Below, piece after piece: positions 56,117-64,000 of a DNA stretch of 64,000 nucleotides. Both the position numbers and the translations under genes were made by a program. The first letter of the stretch is position 1; the number at the start of each line of letters is the position of its first letter. The notes under the pieces are model-generated. The model was not told the DNA's origin. It saw nothing but the letters and a program-made list of their open reading frames with translations, and did not search any database. Source of the DNA: Eledone cirrhosa (taxonomy: Eukaryota); NCBI GenBank assembly GCA_964016885.1, contig OZ024743.1:301382001-301446000 (forward strand), written 5' to 3'.

Positions 56117-59100
56117 TAGGGGGGGTAAAATTATCGAGACCCATCGATAAGTTCTCTCTAGCGGTATCTGTCCCTCATTATCGCTGCCATATCCTGCGTC
56201 TCCAACAGACCAGTGTCTGTCCTTAGACCATCAACATACGTTAACCTTGGTCTCCCTCATCTAGCGTGTCCATATAAGGGCTCCCACAGGAGCATTGAGT
56301 GCAATGTCAACTCTGGATGTCGGTGAGCATGTCCAGCTAACCTCAGTCTCCTCTGTGTCACTTTTGAGCTGACTTTTGGGAGGCTTCCATACAGCTCTGA
56401 GTTTCCATCCTCAGTGTATACTGATTAATGTTCAGAGCAATCCTCGGGATTCAAGTGTGACAACCATGCACCTTCTGAGTGAGTTTCTTGGTCACTGTCC
56501 AAGTTTCAGACCCGTAACAGTAGCACATAGTCCACTACAGCAATGAAGAGGATTGTTTTCAGGTCTTTACGAAGGACCGACTTCCACCCCGATCTCAAGC
56601 TGTGGCACACCGCCCAGGCTTTGCTCTTCCTCTCAACCACATCATCTTCCGTATTCCCAATTTTTGCTCCCAAATACAGGAAGTCCTCAACCAATTCTAG
56701 CGGCTTCCCGCCTATATTAGTGATCCCCTCTGGCTTCTCAACATTCTCTACCAGATATTTTGTTGTAGTCTCATTCATTCTCAGCCCAGACTCACCGACA
56801 CAGTCTCAACCGCCTGCATCAAATCCTCTGCCTCCTTCACTGTATTTGTGACCAAAACTATGTCGTTGGCAAATTCAGCATCCGATATCTTTTTCGCCAT
56901 ATCTCTCCTGCTCTGAGCCGGTGCTACAGTAAAGACAGAGGCCTGGTGTTTCTCCAGTTCAAGGCGCATACAATAGTCCACTACGATGATAAAAGGGTAG
57001 CGTGCCAATGCATCTCCCTTGTGCACTCAAGACAGTATCTCAAAGAACTCTGTCATCCCATCAGGTGTAATGACTTGGGCTTTGGTGTTGGTGTAGAGCA
57101 GAGTAGCAGGTCCACTATCTTCTTGGGGATTTCATAAGCCTGAAGATATTCATCAGGCAGTGACGGTCTACACAATCAAAGGCCTTCCTAAAGTCAATGA
57201 AAACCATTACCGCATGAAGGTACTTTACACTAGCTACCTCTAATATTCTCCTCAGCATTAGGATGTGACTGGTGGTTGATCTTCCCTCTCGTAAGCCGTT
57301 CTGGTTGTCCCTGAGCTCATTCTCCATCTCAGGCTGGATCCTGTTAAGAATCATCCCGTTGATGAGGTTATTTGCCACAAGTGCGATCCCCCTGTAGTTG
57401 TTGGTGTTAGAGAGATCTCCCTTCTTTGGCACTGGGACGATGTTACTGATTATCCACTGATTCGGGGCAACTCCTTTCTCCAATGCCCGGTTACAGAACC
57501 TCAGGATGATATCATCAAAATCACACCAATTCATCATCTATGATGACATTACATCTTCTCCATGAGCCTTGTCGTCCTTAATTTTCGTCTTGGCTCTCTG
57601 AAGATCCTCACTGGTGAAGGGCTCTGTCCCAATATCCAGTTCTTCAAAAAGCCGCCTGATCTCCCTAGTGCTCTGGGCTGTGGAGGGCGGCTCTCTAAGT
57701 AGGGTCCTTAAATGGTCTAGTCATTTCCTCTTCCTATTCTCGGGCCCTGTTTCCTGGATCTGACTCGAACACCTTCTCTTCCTCCCTGTGATCTCGTTAA
57801 TGCTCATCCAGCTCTCCTTACACCCAGAGCTGCCAACCGCTCTCTCGACACTTCTGATCTTCTCTATGAGTGCACACTCTCTGGCCTCAGTGTAAGCGGT
57901 ACAGAGTTCTTCCCTCATCACCTCCACTCTTTCCATCTTCTCCTCCGTAGGATCATAATAGAATTGGACCCTGGCAGCTTTCAGGTATTCTCCAGCTACA
58001 CATCCTTTTGGGTCTGCAGAGCTGCGTGCTTCCTTTTGTTCTTTATCCTCGGCACCAGGGTCTCAATTTCTTCCGCCACTGCATTGGTGAAGTGCCTCGT
58101 CACACTCTCCTCAGTCCATCCAATCTCTCTCTCCTCTGTCTCTCCACACAGAGCACTGAACCTGATCCTCACTTCCACTGTAGCTTATCATCTTCCTTGA
58201 AAGCTCCCCAGTCATAGATTGCTCTCCGGGGTTGAGCCTTGCTCTATGTTAAGCTCACCCGGACCTCACTCATAACACTACCCAGTGTACTGAAATAGTT
58301 GTATGGTTCTGTGTTCAGAACACTATTCCGACACTTTTTCCTCAATAGAATGAAATCGATCAGGGACTTGGACAGGTGCATTTCTGAGATATAGATCCAC
58401 ATCTTCCCCGGATTCTTCCTAAACCTTAGGTTGGTCGCTATAAAGTTCGCATCCAGCAGGGTGTCTCTCAGTAGTCTTCCATTTCGGTTGGTGTTGTTAT
58501 GGAAGTACCAGCAAGGATCTTCACTGCCCTCCTTACTCAGATGTGCATTGAAGTGTCCCAAAACAAGCAGGATGTTGTTTGCGTGTGTGGTGTTGACTTC
58601 TCTACGCACGACCTCATGGAACTCTTCCGCACTCACATCACTGTCCCCCTCGGTTGGACTATAGAGATGACTGTCAATCTTGGGTTTCCATTGAATGTTA
58701 CCGTCAACATTCGCGGGGAGACATTATTTCCTTCACCAATAGACTGTTTGTGTGCTAAAAACACAGCCCATTGCTCCTACTGCAACATTGGTCATGTTCC
58801 TCCGTGCCGATGTGGTGATGAGCTGGCTTATCTTCCCAATCATCACACTCCTCACGGGCTCATCGTGTAGGATCCTGTGTTCTTGGATCGCAAGTATCTG
58901 TATACCACTCTCCTCGAACATATGTCCCAACTCCTCTCTCTTCTCCAGCGTCAGAATATTCCTCACATTCAAAGTGCCCATTTTGATGGCTCTTCTGCAG
59001 GACAAAACTGCATTCTTTATATTTGTCTTAGAGACAGCTGATCCATTATCCACTGGCCCTCCCTGTGGCTCTAACCCAGCACAGTCATAACGACCAGACT

Positions 59101-59350
59101 GCTCATTGACAGTGTAATTAGAGGCTCTAAACCTAGTGCTGTTAAATAGACTCTCCATATTTCTGTTCAATGGCTGACAATACCTTCCGGCGCCACTCGA
59201 ATAAGGTAGTTATTTAACACATAAATGGGGCCCTAACAGGTACTACTACTACGGGCCAGAGCAGACATGGGAGTTAGAACAACTAAGGTTTAACTCCACG
59301 TTCCCCACAGCCACTAAACTGCAGGCTTGCCACTGGATGTAGTTTCATGT
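56117..59350 (-). mobile_element. Near full-length RTE-clade LINE (APE endonuclease + RT), disrupted
   Basis: MGTLNVR..ILAIQEHR, VLGHFNAH, IDFILL, IVPVPKKGDLSNTNNYRGI, NQNGLREGRST, FIDFRKAFD, KGDALARYPFIIVVDY, EFANDI; frameshifts and stops. Confidence 0.92.
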
Positions 59351-59519
59351 CATATATATATATATATACACACACTGTATATACTTTCACACACACACAC
59401 AGCGCGTCATAATGTCGTAATGCAGAGAGCCAGACATACATACAGATATTATAAGGGTGAAACCTTATATCTAGATATCTATCTAAACAGAGAAAGACTA
59501 ATAATTATAGAGAGAGATC

Positions 59520-59685
59520 GCTAAATCACCTAATGTGGTCCTTAGGGCATTGCAAATTTGCAATTTTCTTTTCTCAAAACACTCACAGGACCATAGGAAT
59601 TACATGTGTAAAGTATGAAAACAATATGTTGGTTGGTTCTCGAATTTTAGTGAGGGGACAGACATTCTCTGTTTTATATATATAT
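59520..59685 (+). mobile_element. Possible non-autonomous Helitron/Helentron (DINE-like) 3' end
   Basis: TGTGTAAAGTATGAAAAC..GGTTCTCGAATTTTAG..GACAGACA..GTTTTATATATATA resembles, from memory, such termini. Confidence 0.35.
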
Positions 59686-60227
<542 letters not shown>

Positions 60228-62069
60228 TAGATAGATTGATAGATATATATCTATGAATATATACTTTCTATTTAATTATCACGCAACATCTATTATGTAA
60301 CGAGACGCCGTGATTGTCCATACGAGGTATAAATTGGTATTTTCCGTATGCTATCCAACGAATTATGGTTAGAGTTATTTGGTGTATTAAATTTGACATC
60401 ATGTTCACTTAAATGCATGAGACATCCGTTACATTACGTAATCACGCTCTAATGCCTTTGCAATATATATGTTTGGTGGGGATGTGAGAATTATTTTGCA
60501 GAAGTCAATGAAAACTACACATTGCTATGCAAAATCTTTCTTCAGTCTACGGCAATTAGGTGAAAATGTTGAATTATCATTCAATATTATATACATTATG
60601 TACCATATAATTTCCTTTCACCAAACCCCACATTTTTATAGTTTATTTGTGCTATATATCATATAATTGGTAAGGAATTGGTAAGGCCTGTCTATCATGT
60701 TTCTTGGTCAGCTAAATTCTAGCTGGATCGTACAACTAATATGTCACATACATATATTTTTATCGACATCCAATGTTTAGGCTCCACTAAAAGCATTTCA
60801 AAATATGTATTAAAAAAAGAGAAATATTTCAACGAAATACGGAAGAGTATATAGAATTCACGAGAGGTTATAGAAAACGAGCCAGGTTTATAATTCTGTG
60901 CCAAGAATCCTCTGACACAATATAACAATTTTCAAACGTATTCAAGTGAATAAAATTATTGAAGATCTATTGATATAATTGTGACACATTGAAGTCTAGT
61001 ATTATTCATCACATGGATGACAGATGTTGAAACATCTGCAGTGTGCAATATATCACGTGCAATATATCACGTTTGCAATTCCGACAAAAACAGGAAATGA
61101 TATAGCATTTTAAGCGACTTCCATGTTTCTCTTAACGTAGAGCAAAATCTGTCGATATTATCTCTTGTTAAAATAAATAAATTTTCTTAATGCAAGTTTT
61201 TTTTTTAGGAACATGCGTTTATTAAACGGAAATTAGCTGCATATGGAAGTATATGCAGAATATGCAAAACAAGATCCATTTTTCATCGGTTTGTCAATTC
61301 TAAGTGTAAATGAGTACAAGCTACTAAATAAGTGGACACTATGTCTGATACTCAAGTATATGCATTTACATTGCAGCGCGAGGTAAAACCCTTAAATTAA
61401 TCTGAATACTAATAGTCCTGATACTGATAGTGTGCTTAGCTTATTCTCAAATATATCAATATCAAACTAATCTTCTTCAAATCCAACTGTCCATTCAACA
61501 TTGTGTCAATGACTAATATATTATTTTTTAGAAATATGTTTATTAGCAGGCTGGTTACGTTTAATTGCTGTTGAAATCGCATACAATATATTACATATTA
61601 ATATTCGGAAACTTATTAGTTTTAAATTATTTTTTTAAAAATTACGTCAGATTATTGAGCCTGATATATTCGAGTCAGATGCATAGTTATCTAACAGAAT
61701 TTCCGTTTTCTTTGTGTCTATCAGGCATGTGTTAAATACACTATTGTATTGAAGGTTGACGAGACTGAGTCGCCTAGCAACACACACAAATATATAGTGA
61801 CGTTAATAAAAGTAAACATTAATCCGTGTATTGTTTTGTTAACGAAGATTTATCGCATACAAAATTAAAGTTATATTTCACAGCGTATAACAGAACCAAA
61901 ACGTGAGGAATGTTATGAATTAAAGATAATGTACTATATGTCTACTAAAATGCCCTAACTGCTGCCATACTAGTATATCATTAGGCTACCTTCTCAGTAT
62001 TTCATACTCTCTATTATATACTACTGAATATGAATATTTACTGGTGTATTTCTTAGCCATACCATCTAT

Positions 62070-62070
62070 C

Positions 62071-62135
<65 letters not shown>

Positions 62136-62186
62136 TGTGTTGTTGTTGTTGTTGTGGTGGTGGTGGTCGTGGTGATGCTGGTGGCG

Positions 62187-62225
<39 letters not shown>

Positions 62226-62352
62226 TGAGGTTGAGGAGGTGGTTGTGGGGGGGGGAGTAAGGGATTCAGGCAGAAATAGAAGAACAAGAATAATAATAAA
62301 GATAATAATAATAATAATAATAATAATAGTAATAATAATAATAATAATAAAT
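62070..62352. repeat. Compound trinucleotide microsatellite (TAG)n/(TTG)n/(TGG)n/(TAA)n
   Basis: Direct reading. Confidence 0.95.
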
Positions 62353-63216
62353 AGACCAGGGGATGTCCAAGGAGGAAATAACAACAAGGAGAAAGAGCAG
62401 CCTTCATGAAAAATTCCTTCATATTACCTTCTTTGAGGAAACTGAATTCAGAGATCCACAGACATGGAACTGGTTGAAAAGAGGTGACCTTAAAAAGGCT
62501 ACAGAAGGAATGCTAAAGGCTGTGCAAGAGCAGGCCCTCAAAACGAAATGGTTGAAAGACCATATTTACAAGGAATCAGGCTAGCCCACTGTGCAGGATC
62601 TGTGGAGAGAGAGAGGAGACTGTGGTTCACATTGTATCCGAGTGTAAACACCTATCCCAGACTAACTATAAAGGCTGGAGACATGATGTGATGGGCAGAG
62701 TGATCCACTGGCACCTATGCAAAGTAAACAATTTACCAATTTACCACAATCTGAGAAGTGGTATGAGCATAATCCAGAGTTGGTGATAGAAAACGATCAG
62801 GTGAAGGTGCTGTGGGATTTTAGGATACAGACGGACAAGAAACAGGAACACAATAGACCTGACCTGGTGGTTTTGGACAAGGAGAAAAGATCGTGCCTGA
62901 TTGCGGATGTGGCCTGCCCATTTGACACGAGAGTGCAAGAGAAGGAGAGGGAGGAAATTAACCGATACCAGGACTTAAAGTGGGAGGTAAAAAGGATTTG
63001 GAACTGCCATGAAATCAAAGTGGTCGCGATTGGCATAGGCGCACTAGGTACTATCTCAAAAGGTTTCCAGGGATGGTTAAAGAAAATTGGCCCCGACACG
63101 CTTTTTGGAACGCTTCAAAATGCATGCTTGCTGGGAACAACAAGAACCATCCGATACGTCCTGAATATCTGAGGCTGCAGGTAGTGGCTTGATATTCATT
63201 TCAACAAACTTTCCAG
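62353..63216 (+). mobile_element. R4/Dong-type non-LTR retrotransposon 3' fragment (CCHC knuckle + restriction-like endonuclease)
   Basis: TWNWLKRGDLKKATEG..QEQALKT, CRICGEREETVVHIVSEC, RHD, VLWDFRIQTD..NRPDLVV..ADVACP..YQDL..IGALGT; abuts (TAA)n, the known Dong target. Confidence 0.88.
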
Positions 63217-64000
63217 TTGACTAGGAAAGAAGTAGGACGTGGGTTAATCCAGTTAGACATTGCGTTGAAAACTGCAACAATTGGATTGTCCACATATCTA
63301 AGGGAATCACATGATTGGATGATCAAACTCGTTTTGAAACACGAAAGCACCAAAAGATCATATTACATTACAAAAGATGCACAAAGATACAGTAATGGAC
63401 TACACATTTCAGAAGTCCCATTTACTGCTGAAATGGAAAACACAGAAAAAGTAAAGCAGGTAAAAGTAACTGCAAAGAAAGAACTGCTACAGAAACTGGC
63501 TAAGAAATGGCAAGATAAGCCTCTGTATGGAAAATACCCAGAGCGAGCTAACAATCCTGATGTTGACAAAACTTTAACCCATCAGTGGTTGGCATCCTCT
63601 GGACTGAAATCGGAGACTGAAGGACTGATTATATCCGCACAAGATCAGTGTCTGCCAACAAAAAATTACCAAGCCAACATAATAAAAAATGGGTGCAGCC
63701 CATTATGCCGTGTATGCTAAAAACAACCAGAGACCATTGACCATATAATTTCAATGTGCAGTCCTATAGCTCCAACCGAATACCTAAACAGGCATGACAG
63801 AGCTGCACAATACATACATTGGATAATGTGTAAGCATTTTGACCTGCCCCATCAAAAGAATTGGTGGGAGCATCAACCACCTCCCATACTTGAAAACGAT
63901 CACATCTCAATCTTGTGGAACTTTAGCATCCAAACAGACCGAAATATAGATGCAAATAGACCTGATATAATATTGAAGGACTTTCAAAGGAGGGTATGCC
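63217..64000 (+). mobile_element. Second, divergent R4/Dong-type fragment running off the right edge
   Basis: RKEVGRGLIQL, WQDKPLYGKY, WLASSGLKSETEGLIISAQDQ, CRVC*..ETIDHIISMC, RHDRAAQYIHW, NRPDII. Confidence 0.88.

Overview
This is AT-rich, microsatellite-saturated animal DNA, most likely from an octopod cephalopod (judged from remembered similarity of its tRNA-type SINE). I found no supportable host gene. Recognisable content is decayed retroelements. There are four Naiad-type Penelope-like elements (PLEs; two near full length), one Neptune-type PLE, RTE-clade LINEs, two R4/Dong-type RLE LINE 3' ends and six SINE copies. The unusual signal is at the RNA-structure level: about a dozen distinct short (0.2-0.75 kb) non-coding element families, mostly inserted in or beside (TA)n tracts. 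Most are inverted-repeat or fold-back structures carrying type I hammerhead ribozyme (HHR) motifs (CUGANGA...GAAA...UH) or their remnants, often on both strands. Some link by sequence to PLE pseudo-LTRs in the same window. Several HHRs have an unusually long stem II insert. One perfect fold-back family recurs with the same apex while its two arms co-vary within each copy, suggesting a PLE-mobilised, snap-back-replicated 'fold-back retrozyme' system. All alignments and folds were done by eye, so boundaries are approximate and ribozyme activity is untested.
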